Virus record (IMG/VR): IMGVR_UViG_3300037755_000473 | Span: 1,788 to 65,787 of that record | Source of the DNA: a virus | Lineage: Duplodnaviria; Caudoviricetes | Strand: one strand, 5' to 3' | Length of the DNA: 64,000 nt | Part shown: positions 16,923 to 25,576 of the stretch, piece after piece | How the letters are laid out: every line of letters starts with the position of its first letter | How positions within the stretch are numbered: position 1 is the stretch's first letter | Made by a program: the position numbers and the translations under genes | Notes under the pieces: generated by a model | Database searches by the model: none | The model's input: the letters and a program-made list of their open reading frames with translations, nothing else | Told to the model about the DNA's origin: nothing

Positions 16923-17978
16923 ATGAGCGCTTCCCCCGCAGCAGTGAAGTCCAACCTTCCACGATCCGTTCGCGCGCAAGTCGAACGCGCCAATCAACTC
17001 GTCGCTGGGTTGACCGCGCCGCCTGCGCCGCCGCAAGCTGCTGCTCCAGCCCCCGCTCCTGCGCCTGCTCCCGCGCCCGCTGCTCCAGCTCCTGCCGCAG
17101 TGCAGCCGCCCGCCGACGACACGATGGAGCACAAGTATCGAGTTTTGCAGGGCAAGTACAACGCGGAAGTGCCGCGCCTGCAACGCCAGCTCAATGAGCA
17201 AGAGCAGCTCATTAGGGACATGCGTCAACAGCTGACGAATGCCCAGACCATGCTCGCCTCGCTTAGCACCGGTCAGCCCGCTCCAAATGCGCAGCCGCCT
17301 GCACAACCAGCTGCGCGCCGGGTTAAAGACGAGGAGATTCGCCAGTTCGGCCCCGACCTGTACGACTTCATCAAGCGGACCTCTCTTGAGGCCGTGGAAC
17401 CGGAGTTGACCAGGGTGGCTCAGCCGATCCAGCAGCGGCTCGCGAAGACGGAGCAAGCAGCCACAACGGCTGCCGCCACCGTCGCCGCGGATGCGGTGCA
17501 GAAGATGTACACGTTCCTCAACGATCACGTTCCGGACTGGACGCAGCTGAACGAGCTGCCCGAGTTCCTGGCCTGGCTCGCTGAGAAGGACGCCTATGCG
17601 GGCGCTCCGCGTGGACAGCTTTTGTCGCAGGCGTACCAAGCCAACGACGGCCCTCGCGTCGCGGCTTTTTTCCTTGGCTTCAAGAACGAAAACGCCGCTA
17701 TCACGCCGCAACCGGGCACTGCTCCGCCCGCCGCCGCACCTGCGCCGGCACCGGAAGCACAGTTGCTCCAGTTGGTGGCCCCCGGTACTCCGAAGGCCGG
17801 ACCTGCAAGTGGCGCTCCGAACGATGCCGGAAAGCGCATTTGGACCCGAGCCGATGTTCAGGCTCTGTACGCGAAAATCAACGAGTTCACGAAAAAGAAC
17901 AAACCCGTCCCTGTCGAGCTACGTCAGCTCGAGACGGACCTCGTTCGCGCGCAGGCTGAGCAGCGGATTCGGATGTAA
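16923..17978 (+). CDS. Capsid scaffolding protein
   Basis: Pro/Ala-rich linkers, coiled coil (YRVLQGKYNAEVPRL), directly upstream of the major capsid gene. Confidence 0.75.
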   Translation: MSASPAAVKSNLPRSVRAQVERANQLVAGLTAPPAPPQAAAPAPAPAPAPAPAAPAPAAVQPPADDTMEHKYRVLQGKYNAEVPRLQRQLNEQEQLIRDMRQQLTNAQTMLASLSTGQPAPNAQPPAQPAARRVKDEEIRQFGPDLYDFIKRTSLEAVEPELTRVAQPIQQRLAKTEQAATTAAATVAADAVQKMYTFLNDHVPDWTQLNELPEFLAWLAEKDAYAGAPRGQLLSQAYQANDGPRVAAFFLGFKNENAAITPQPGTAPPAAAPAPAPEAQLLQLVAPGTPKAGPASGAPNDAGKRIWTRADVQALYAKINEFTKKNKPVPVELRQLETDLVRAQAEQRIRM

Positions 17979-18015
17979 CGAATCGTGATCTGAAAATCAT
18001 CAGGAGTTCACTTCC

Positions 18016-19044
18016 ATGTCCTATCCTCAAATCGCTGCACCGGGTGCAGCAGTTACCTGGGGCGGCAACGCTCCGAACCCGGCCTACTCGGGCATCTTCA
18101 TTCCGGAGATTTGGTCCGGCAAGCTGATCGAGAAGTTCTACGCGGCAACCGTGCTCGGCGCAATCGCGAACACGGACTACGAGGGCGAGATCAAGAACCA
18201 GGGCGACTTGGTGAAGATTCGCACTCGGCCGACCATCGCGATTTCCGACTACTCGGCCAACGAGGAACTCGGTATCCAGCGCCCGTCGAGCAACCTCGTC
18301 GAGCTGCTGATCGACCAAGGCAAGTACTTCAACTTGGCCCTGGACGACGTGATGGAGATTCAGAGCGACATCGACCAGCTGTCGATCTGGGCGGAAGACG
18401 CTTCCGAGCAGATGAAGATCGCCGTCGACACGGACGTTCTGAACTACCTAGCCTCGCCGACGAATACCGACATCGCCGCCGTCAACCGCAGTTCGCAGAC
18501 TTCGGGTGCCATCTCGGGCGACATCGCGCTCGGCGGCTACGGTGAGCCGGTGTTCATCAACAAGCAGGGCTACGGTACCGAGGACGGCTCCGACGCGGAC
18601 AACTCCATGTCCATCGTCGACTATCTCGTGAACTGCGGCCAGGTGCTCGACGAGCAGAACATTCCGGAGACCGGCCGCTGGGTCGTGATTCCGGCGTGGG
18701 TTGCATCGCGCATCAAAAAGTCGGAGCTGAAGGACGCCTCGCTCTCGGGCGACGGTACGTCGATCCTTCGCAACGGCCGCTTGGGCATGATCGACCGCTT
18801 CACGCTCTATCTGAGCAACCTCCTGCTCCCGCAGGGTGGTTACGCAGACGAGTGGCCGATTCTGTTCGGCACGAGTGCGGCGCTCACGTTCGCCTCGCAG
18901 CTCACCAAGATGGAAACGCTCCGTTCCGAGCGCTCCTTCTCGCAGCTGGTTCGCGGCTTGCAGGTTTACGGCTTCAAGGTCGTGAACGGCGTCGCAATCG
19001 GTCGCGGTGTGGTTGGCAAGGGCGGCGTGCCCTCCGGCAGCTAA
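18016..19044 (+). CDS. Major capsid protein (HK97 fold)
   Basis: FIPEIWSGKLIEKFY...DYEGEIKNQGDLVKI pattern; strong RBS; followed by a terminator. Confidence 0.9.
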   Translation: MSYPQIAAPGAAVTWGGNAPNPAYSGIFIPEIWSGKLIEKFYAATVLGAIANTDYEGEIKNQGDLVKIRTRPTIAISDYSANEELGIQRPSSNLVELLIDQGKYFNLALDDVMEIQSDIDQLSIWAEDASEQMKIAVDTDVLNYLASPTNTDIAAVNRSSQTSGAISGDIALGGYGEPVFINKQGYGTEDGSDADNSMSIVDYLVNCGQVLDEQNIPETGRWVVIPAWVASRIKKSELKDASLSGDGTSILRNGRLGMIDRFTLYLSNLLLPQGGYADEWPILFGTSAALTFASQLTKMETLRSERSFSQLVRGLQVYGFKVVNGVAIGRGVVGKGGVPSGS

Positions 19045-19057
19045 CCCTAACGGGTGA

Positions 19058-19087
19058 GGGGGCGGGGTAATTCCCGCCCCCTTTCTT
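19058..19087 (+). terminator. Rho-independent terminator after the capsid gene
   Basis: GGGGGCGGG/CCCGCCCCC stem followed by TTTCTT. Confidence 0.8.
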
Positions 19088-19089
19088 AC

Positions 19090-19473
19090 ATGTCGACCTA
19101 CGCCGACCTCATTTCGGAAGCGCGTGACTTCACGCAAGATAACCTCGCGCCCTTCCGAAACGAGGACGAGTTCTACATCAAGCACGTCAATCGCGGGTTG
19201 CAGGAAGTCGGCCGGATGCGGCCGGACGCGTTCTACGAGCTGTTTGACGCGAACAACCTCAACGTGCCTGTTGTGGTCGACTCGGACGATCCGGACTCTC
19301 TCGAAGCGCCACAGGTGGCGACGACGGAGGAGTTCCAAATCGATATGATGTTCTACGCGCCGATGCTCGCGTACTTGATCGGTATCTCGGAAGTGCAAGA
19401 CGACGAGTTCACCGACGAGGGGCGCGCGGCGATGTTGCTTCAGCAGTTCCGCAACACGATCCTGGGGCTCTGA
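19090..19473 (+). CDS. Head-tail adaptor-like protein
   Basis: Position; LISEARD...RMRPDA pattern. Confidence 0.6.
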   Translation: MSTYADLISEARDFTQDNLAPFRNEDEFYIKHVNRGLQEVGRMRPDAFYELFDANNLNVPVVVDSDDPDSLEAPQVATTEEFQIDMMFYAPMLAYLIGISEVQDDEFTDEGRAAMLLQQFRNTILGL

Positions 19474-20180
19474 TGCCGGATTCAATCTTCATCGAAGGCA
19501 CAGGGTGTGAATGCGATGTCACACTCGACCGCTGGTTGAAGGACACGCTCCCGATGCTCCCCGGCGCAGTGCGCGGGGTGGCCGCGCGCGAGCTCGTCCT
19601 CGCCTGCCGTGAGTTCTTCGAGCGGTCGTATGCGTGGCAGACGGTGCTCGAGGATCAGAACGCGAAGGCTGGCCGCAAGCAGTACTGGCTGTCGCCCCTC
19701 GATCAATACACGAACGTCATCGGCGTGCTGGGTGTGGCCTACAAAGGCACCCCGCTTGCGCGCCTGCAAGCGCGTCCTCCGCGTCGTAGCGAGTCGGAAG
19801 CTACGAACACGCCGCGGGCGTACTACTCCCCCGATGCTCCCGACAGCATCGAGCTCTATCCTGACCTCGACCACGACGAAGATGCCGGCCTTGCCTTCCA
19901 CGTCGCTCTGACGCCGAAGGTCTCCGTCGAGCACCTGCCTCGCGTGGCCGAGATCAAATATTATGATGCGATCCTCGACGGCTTCCTCGCTCGGATGTTC
20001 ATGCACCCGAACAAGCCGTACTCCTCGCTGACGCTCGCCCAAGCCAAGCGAAAGAGTTTTAACTCGTGGATCGGTCGCTACGCCGGCCAGGCGAAGCAGG
20101 GCAACATCAACGCGCAGAACTGGGTTTACCCGCCCGGTTGGGGCGTGCGTAGGTACGGGGGCGGGTCGAGTGTCGGCTGA
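19473..20180 (+). CDS. Tail adaptor/tubular protein A-like
   Basis: Position; ACREFFERSYAWQ and ARMFMHPNKPYS segments. Confidence 0.6.
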   Translation: MPDSIFIEGTGCECDVTLDRWLKDTLPMLPGAVRGVAARELVLACREFFERSYAWQTVLEDQNAKAGRKQYWLSPLDQYTNVIGVLGVAYKGTPLARLQARPPRRSESEATNTPRAYYSPDAPDSIELYPDLDHDEDAGLAFHVALTPKVSVEHLPRVAEIKYYDAILDGFLARMFMHPNKPYSSLTLAQAKRKSFNSWIGRYAGQAKQGNINAQNWVYPPGWGVRRYGGGSSVG

Positions 20181-20800
20181 TGGCCGCTACACTTTATCCA
20201 ACAGCTCTCGCCGCGCTGCTCGCCGAGACTCTTGACTGGACTGCTGAAGAGATTCATGTCGTCCTGTTAGGGCCGAGCTTTGTCTTTGATCCTACGCTCG
20301 TGTATGCGAGCGAGTTGCCGTCCGCACACATCATCGCGATCAGCGAGCTCGGGCTGGCTAACCGTTCGTACGACGACGGTGTTGCTCGCGGCGACCCAGC
20401 CGCGTTTTTGCAGCTGCTGTCGAATCAAGAGATCACGCATGCTGTCGTGTTTCAGCATGTCGGCGACTTGCAGTATTCGCCGCTGATCGCGTACTACGAC
20501 GTAGACAACATCCTCGGAGCGCCGCTCCTGCCCCTCGGTTTGGACGTGTTTCTATACTCGCCTGTCGAGCCCGGTGGCTGGTTTCAGGTTATTGATTCGG
20601 ATTTGATCGGGCTCATCAACTCTGAGTTGCTCGGCAGCGGCGACCTAGCTATCGCCGAGCTGAGTGGCGGGCTATCGTTGGTGATGCCGACGCTTCAACT
20701 CGGCAACCGACTCAACGTCAATACGCATATTGTATGCGCGGGTCCGGACGAACCGGATGACTGCTGCGAGCCGGAAATCAGGAGCTCCCGATGCGACTAG
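20180..20800 (+). CDS. Putative tail structural protein
   Basis: Translationally coupled within the tail operon. Confidence 0.55.
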   Translation: MAATLYPTALAALLAETLDWTAEEIHVVLLGPSFVFDPTLVYASELPSAHIIAISELGLANRSYDDGVARGDPAAFLQLLSNQEITHAVVFQHVGDLQYSPLIAYYDVDNILGAPLLPLGLDVFLYSPVEPGGWFQVIDSDLIGLINSELLGSGDLAIAELSGGLSLVMPTLQLGNRLNVNTHIVCAGPDEPDDCCEPEIRSSRCD

Positions 20801-21111
20801 GGCGGTACACGAAGTTGGGCCGGATCGTGCAACAGCCGAACGAGAACATTCGGCGGTTGGCGAAGTACGACCGCTGGCTCGAGGAAGGTGAGCGGATTAC
20901 GAACGTGGAAGTGTCGGTGTTGCCGGTCACGTCGCCACCGTTCGTCATCAACAACATCGTCATCGGCCCTGATTCCGACCGTTTCGCGTACTACGCGAGC
21001 GGCGGCGTCGACGGTGAGGACTACACTGCAACTGTCACGATCACGACCAGCATCGCGCAGGTGCGCGAAGACGAATTGCTGTTCGGGGTGAAGGAGATCA
21101 GCCGTGGCTGA
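20791..21111 (+). CDS. Putative fibre-tail adaptor protein
   Basis: YDRWLEEGERI...GGVDGEDYTATVTITTS pattern of small beta-rich tail adaptors. Confidence 0.55.
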   Translation: MRLGRYTKLGRIVQQPNENIRRLAKYDRWLEEGERITNVEVSVLPVTSPPFVINNIVIGPDSDRFAYYASGGVDGEDYTATVTITTSIAQVREDELLFGVKEISRG

Positions 21112-22165
21112 GAAAGTCTTTTCGAACAACGCGAGCTCGCTGCTCGCCGCGAGCATCGACGACAACGACACCGTTGTTCAAGTCGATTCCGGCGCAGGCG
21201 CGCTCTTTCCTTCACCTGGCGCTGGGCAACACTTCGTAGCAGCGTTGGTAAACGCCAGCGGGGACCTCGAGATCGTCAACTGCACGAGCCGCACCGGCGA
21301 CCTCATTACAGTCGTGCGCGGACAAGAAGGCACGGCTGCACAAGCGTGGACAAACGGCGTTACGCGCTTCGAGCTTCGCCTCACTGCTGGCGTCATGGAC
21401 GACCTGTTGCAAAAGACCGGCGATGCAATGACCGGCGATTTGCTCATGGGGGGCAATGAGATTCAGGATGCGCGTCTCACCGAAGATACGGTGATGGTTG
21501 GCGGGCAGACTGTCGGCACTGCGATTCGTGGCGCTGAGGATGATGCTTCGAACGAGATTGCTGTTCCGGGTGACGGGTCAAGGGCGACGGCGGGCGGTTC
21601 TCCGCTCGTGACCTTGGCCGACAACTTGCTGACGTTGCTGCCTATCGGTTTCATCGGCATGTGGTACGGCTCGCTCGGCAGCTTGCCCGCTGGTTGGCAA
21701 AACTGCGACGGTACTAACGGCTCTCCCGATATGCGTGGGTTCTTCCCTCGCGGCGCTGGAGGCTCTCTAGCCCTCGGAGCCACCGGAGGTGCTGCTACAG
21801 CGTCTGGGAATACTGACGCCGCTGGCGGCCATAGCCACACGGTTACGGTCGACGGGCATGCTCTTACGACTGCTGAGCTCCCGGCTATTAGTCCGCGTGT
21901 GCTCGACCGCGGGGGTGGTTCCGGTGTTGCAGACGGTTCTGGGCTTACCGCTTGCCAAAGTCTCGCAGGCATTCGTAACGTCGCTGAAGGTAGCTACGTC
22001 ACGAACAATTCTCTCGGCACACCGTTTATCGAGCCGCTGGGTGGCGGCAATGCGCACGATCACTCTGCCGCTTCTAACGCCGTCGGCAATCACACGCACG
22101 GCCTCGGTAGCATCTCCACCATCCCGCCGTACAAGGCGGTGTACTTCATCATGAAGGTGTCGTGA
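21104..22165 (+). CDS. Tail fibre with collar domain
   Basis: FSNNASS anchor domain; PIGFIGMWYGSLGSLPAGWQNCDGTNGSPDMRG collar motif; HSH/HDH/HTH motifs. Confidence 0.8.
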   Translation: MAEKVFSNNASSLLAASIDDNDTVVQVDSGAGALFPSPGAGQHFVAALVNASGDLEIVNCTSRTGDLITVVRGQEGTAAQAWTNGVTRFELRLTAGVMDDLLQKTGDAMTGDLLMGGNEIQDARLTEDTVMVGGQTVGTAIRGAEDDASNEIAVPGDGSRATAGGSPLVTLADNLLTLLPIGFIGMWYGSLGSLPAGWQNCDGTNGSPDMRGFFPRGAGGSLALGATGGAATASGNTDAAGGHSHTVTVDGHALTTAELPAISPRVLDRGGGSGVADGSGLTACQSLAGIRNVAEGSYVTNNSLGTPFIEPLGGGNAHDHSAASNAVGNHTHGLGSISTIPPYKAVYFIMKVS

Positions 22166-22476
22166 TGTTTCTATTTGCAAACAACGCGTCCTCGTTCTTG
22201 ATGCAGGACATCACTGCTCTCGACACGGAGTTCGAGATCAACCCTGCTGATGGCGACAAGTTTCCCGAGCCCGGTTATGGGGAAGAGTTCGCGATTACGT
22301 TGCAGCATCCGCTTACGGGGGAGCGCGAGATCATGTACGTGCAGGAGCGCCTGTACGGAAACATCTTTACGGTGTTGCGGGGGCAAGAAGGCACGGTCGC
22401 GCAAGCGTTTCCAGTCAACACCATCGTTGCGCACAACCTCACCGCCGGTGTTCTTGAGTTCATTCGAGACCTATGA
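22162..22476 (+). CDS. Stand-alone tail-fibre anchor domain protein
   Basis: FANNASS...RGQEGT...LTAG, homologous to the N-termini of both neighbours. Confidence 0.7.
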   Translation: MMFLFANNASSFLMQDITALDTEFEINPADGDKFPEPGYGEEFAITLQHPLTGEREIMYVQERLYGNIFTVLRGQEGTVAQAFPVNTIVAHNLTAGVLEFIRDL

Positions 22477-23741
22477 GCGAACCACGCGAGTTCATGTTTG
22501 CAAATTTCGCCCGCTCTACGCTGGCGGCGGGAATCTCTGCGTCTGCAACATTGTTGCGCGTTCCCGAGAGCCAGGGCGATATTTTTCCTAACGTCGACCC
22601 GACCTATAGCGAAATCTTCGCTGCTGTTCTGACACACGGCTCGGCGTACGAGATTGTCTACGTCACGCAGAAAGCGGCCGACGTGTTTACTATCGAGCGC
22701 GGCAAAGAAGGCACGACCCCAACGGCGTTCCCCGAAGGCGCGCTTATCGTGCATACCGTCACGGCGGGGTTTTTCACGCAGCAGGCTAATGCGCCTGTTC
22801 AAGTCATTGCGCCTGTTCTTTCCGGTGAGCTCAGCATGTACGGCGCTGCGCTGTTGTCGTGGACGGTACCGTCGCAACCGATTAGCGGGTACGAACTTGA
22901 ACGTTCAGTTGATGGCGGGGCGTTTGCGCTCCTCGAGCAGCTCGGCGAGGTAAATGAATACGAGGACGCAACAGTTGTTTCGCCTAGTACGTACTCGTAC
23001 CGGATCAAAGCAATTAGCTCTATTGGTGACGAGTTCGATAGCGAGTATTCGAACGCCGTCGGCATCGACACGGCGTTTTTCGAAACATTCATGTTGATTC
23101 ACGTCGAAGGCGGACAGATTTACGAAGTCACTGGGTTCCCTGCGGTTACACCGGTCGGTGATGGCGAGGTATCTAGCGTGCAGTCGAGATTCGGCACGCA
23201 GTCGTACCATAACCCAGGCACTTCTAACCAAGGCACTGACTTCGTTAGAGTCGAAGGCGACGCCGATGATTTTGTGTTCCCAGGCGAGTTCACGTGGGAG
23301 GGGTGGTTCTACATAAACGCGTTCCACGACATCTTCGATAACTTTTTTGCGAACAACATCAACTTCCCTACCGCGGGGTTCATTCAGCTCGCTCGGTGGA
23401 ACAGTAACAGCTCGTTCTTGTTTAATAGCTCCGCTGGTAGCGCGGCCGGGGGTGACGTGATTCCAACGGGAGAATGGATTCATGTTGCAGTTACGCGCGA
23501 CGCCGCCGACGACATCCGTATCTTTATGAACGGTGTTTCGCAGATCGCACCCGTTAATCACCCTGGCACTATTGGCGGTGACGTTGATGGTGTTTCGTCG
23601 TTTGACGTTTGCCGCGGCCAAGCTTCCGATAACGCCGATCTTGACTGCTACTTCGAAGAAATTCGTGTCACGAAGGCGTGTCGGTACACTGCGAACTTCA
23701 CTCCACCGACTGAGCCCTTCCCGCCGTTCCCAGGAATCTAG
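22473..23741 (+). CDS. Tail fibre/receptor-binding protein (anchor, FN3-like, LamG/ConA-like)
   Basis: YELERSVDG FN3-like segment; FTWEGWFY...WIHVAVTR...EEIRVTK LamG motifs. Confidence 0.75.
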   Translation: MSEPREFMFANFARSTLAAGISASATLLRVPESQGDIFPNVDPTYSEIFAAVLTHGSAYEIVYVTQKAADVFTIERGKEGTTPTAFPEGALIVHTVTAGFFTQQANAPVQVIAPVLSGELSMYGAALLSWTVPSQPISGYELERSVDGGAFALLEQLGEVNEYEDATVVSPSTYSYRIKAISSIGDEFDSEYSNAVGIDTAFFETFMLIHVEGGQIYEVTGFPAVTPVGDGEVSSVQSRFGTQSYHNPGTSNQGTDFVRVEGDADDFVFPGEFTWEGWFYINAFHDIFDNFFANNINFPTAGFIQLARWNSNSSFLFNSSAGSAAGGDVIPTGEWIHVAVTRDAADDIRIFMNGVSQIAPVNHPGTIGGDVDGVSSFDVCRGQASDNADLDCYFEEIRVTKACRYTANFTPPTEPFPPFPGI

Positions 23742-23743
23742 CG

Positions 23744-25576
23744 ATGGCAGGTATCAAACTCGAAGGATTCCAGGGGCTCGTCCCGCGCACGAGTCCTCGT
23801 CTCCTGCCGGTTATGACGGCGACGACTGCGCGCAACACGAAGCTGCTGCAAGGCGAGCTTCGCGGATTTCGTGCGCTTCGAGAAGTTGCAGACCTGACCG
23901 ATCAGTATTTCGATGTGCAACGCGTGTTTCGCGTGCGGGATTCTGGGGGCTTTGGGTACGGTGATACGTGGCTCGCGTTCGATAGCAAGAACGTGGATGT
24001 GGTGCGTTCGCCCATCGTTAATGACCAATTCGACCGGTATTACTGGGCCGGCGACGGTCGTCCGCAGTACAACACGTCGTTCCGCATTTTTGAGGAAGAA
24101 GATTCGTACTTCCTCGGTATCCCGACGCCGACGGTGGCACCGACGGTTACGCCGCCAGTGGGCTCGGATTCTACGCGTGCGTACGTTTATACGTTCCTCA
24201 GTGCGTTCGGTGAAGAAGGCCCGCCGTCGCCTCCGACGCTTGCCACTGGAGATGGAGCGGGTACGTGGGCTCTCAGCGGCATGCAGACTGTGGTGCCGGA
24301 TGCAGCTGACCGCAACGTCACGCTGAAGCGTATCTATCGGACTGTTCCGGGTAATAGCTCCTCGACATTTTTCTTCGTTGCGGAGATTCCTGTCGGCGAT
24401 GCGACGTACAACGACAACGAGACCGATGACGTAGTTGCCGCGAACAACGTGCTTGAGTCGACGACATGGGAGCAGCCGCCGACTGATATCGAGGGGTGGG
24501 TCGTCATGCCTGGCGGCTATCTCGTCGCTTGGGCTGGCCGTCGTTTGTTGTTCTCCGAACCGTATCGCCCGCATGCGTGGCCGCCTGAGTACGAGCTCTC
24601 GACGGAGTTCCCGATCAAGGGGCTCGTTGTGTGGGGTACGACGCTCATCATCGGCACAGAGTCGCAGCCGTATATGGGGCAGGGGCAACACCCCGCTTCG
24701 TTCACCATGCAGAAGATGGATGCGGTCGAACCGTGTCTGTCTCGTCGCGGCATGGTCGCGACCGTCGCCGGCGCGTACTACCCCTCGATTAACGGCCTCG
24801 CGCTCGTCAACTCGAATGGCGTGCAGATCATTACGCAGGACATCCTCACGAAAGAGGAGTGGGCGCGTTACAACCCGAGCGACATCTTCGCTGCACAACT
24901 CGGCTTGCAGTACATCGCGTTCAACAGCGAGAGCTTCGGCTTCGTGTTCAACCCCACTGAGCCTGCTACGAAGCTCGTTGAGCTCGACCGTTTCGACAAC
25001 GTGTTGGGGATCGAGACTGATAAGTATTCGGGCAACGTGCTGATCCTGTCCCAAAACCGTGTGTGGGACTGGGACCCCGAAGATGCTGAGCGTTTGTTCT
25101 GGCGCTGGAAGTCGAAAGTGTTCCAGACGCAGAAGCCCGTGAACTTCGGTGCGGCACGAATCAACTTTGAAGCCGCAGAGAACGATGTCACCGACGACAT
25201 CCTCACCTACTATCTCCCGTATAACGAAGCGCGGTTTGCAGCAGCACCGCTGAACACTCTCGGCGGGCACTGCTTGTGCGGGCCGGCTCAAGGTGTCGGT
25301 TTGGTACCGGGGTGGACAGAGCCTGAGCTTCGCATGCCGCTCGGCGGCGACTTGCTCTACCCGATCAACTTCATGCTGTTCCAGCTGCCTGCTGTGCGAC
25401 TGATCGTCTACTGCGGCTCCCGCGGCGTGGTGCTCGACACAGTGGTCAATTCCGAACGCATCGTGCGCATCCCTGCCGGATTCAAATCGGACCTCTGGCA
25501 GTTCGAGCTGATCGGCAACACGAACGTCTATTCATTACAGGTGGCCGAGACAGCGAAAGGTCTCGCGACGGTGTAG
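23744..25576 (+). CDS. Tail tubular protein B/nozzle-like
   Basis: 610 aa beta-rich; YVYTFLSAFGEEGPPS and FSEPYRPHAWP motifs. Confidence 0.75.
   Translation: MAGIKLEGFQGLVPRTSPRLLPVMTATTARNTKLLQGELRGFRALREVADLTDQYFDVQRVFRVRDSGGFGYGDTWLAFDSKNVDVVRSPIVNDQFDRYYWAGDGRPQYNTSFRIFEEEDSYFLGIPTPTVAPTVTPPVGSDSTRAYVYTFLSAFGEEGPPSPPTLATGDGAGTWALSGMQTVVPDAADRNVTLKRIYRTVPGNSSSTFFFVAEIPVGDATYNDNETDDVVAANNVLESTTWEQPPTDIEGWVVMPGGYLVAWAGRRLLFSEPYRPHAWPPEYELSTEFPIKGLVVWGTTLIIGTESQPYMGQGQHPASFTMQKMDAVEPCLSRRGMVATVAGAYYPSINGLALVNSNGVQIITQDILTKEEWARYNPSDIFAAQLGLQYIAFNSESFGFVFNPTEPATKLVELDRFDNVLGIETDKYSGNVLILSQNRVWDWDPEDAERLFWRWKSKVFQTQKPVNFGAARINFEAAENDVTDDILTYYLPYNEARFAAAPLNTLGGHCLCGPAQGVGLVPGWTEPELRMPLGGDLLYPINFMLFQLPAVRLIVYCGSRGVVLDTVVNSERIVRIPAGFKSDLWQFELIGNTNVYSLQVAETAKGLATV

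Noticed and set aside
17030-17110. Pro-Ala repeats in the scaffold, QPGA repeats in the portal and PAAAK repeats in the SSB-like gene
   Set aside because: Ordinary low-complexity protein linkers.
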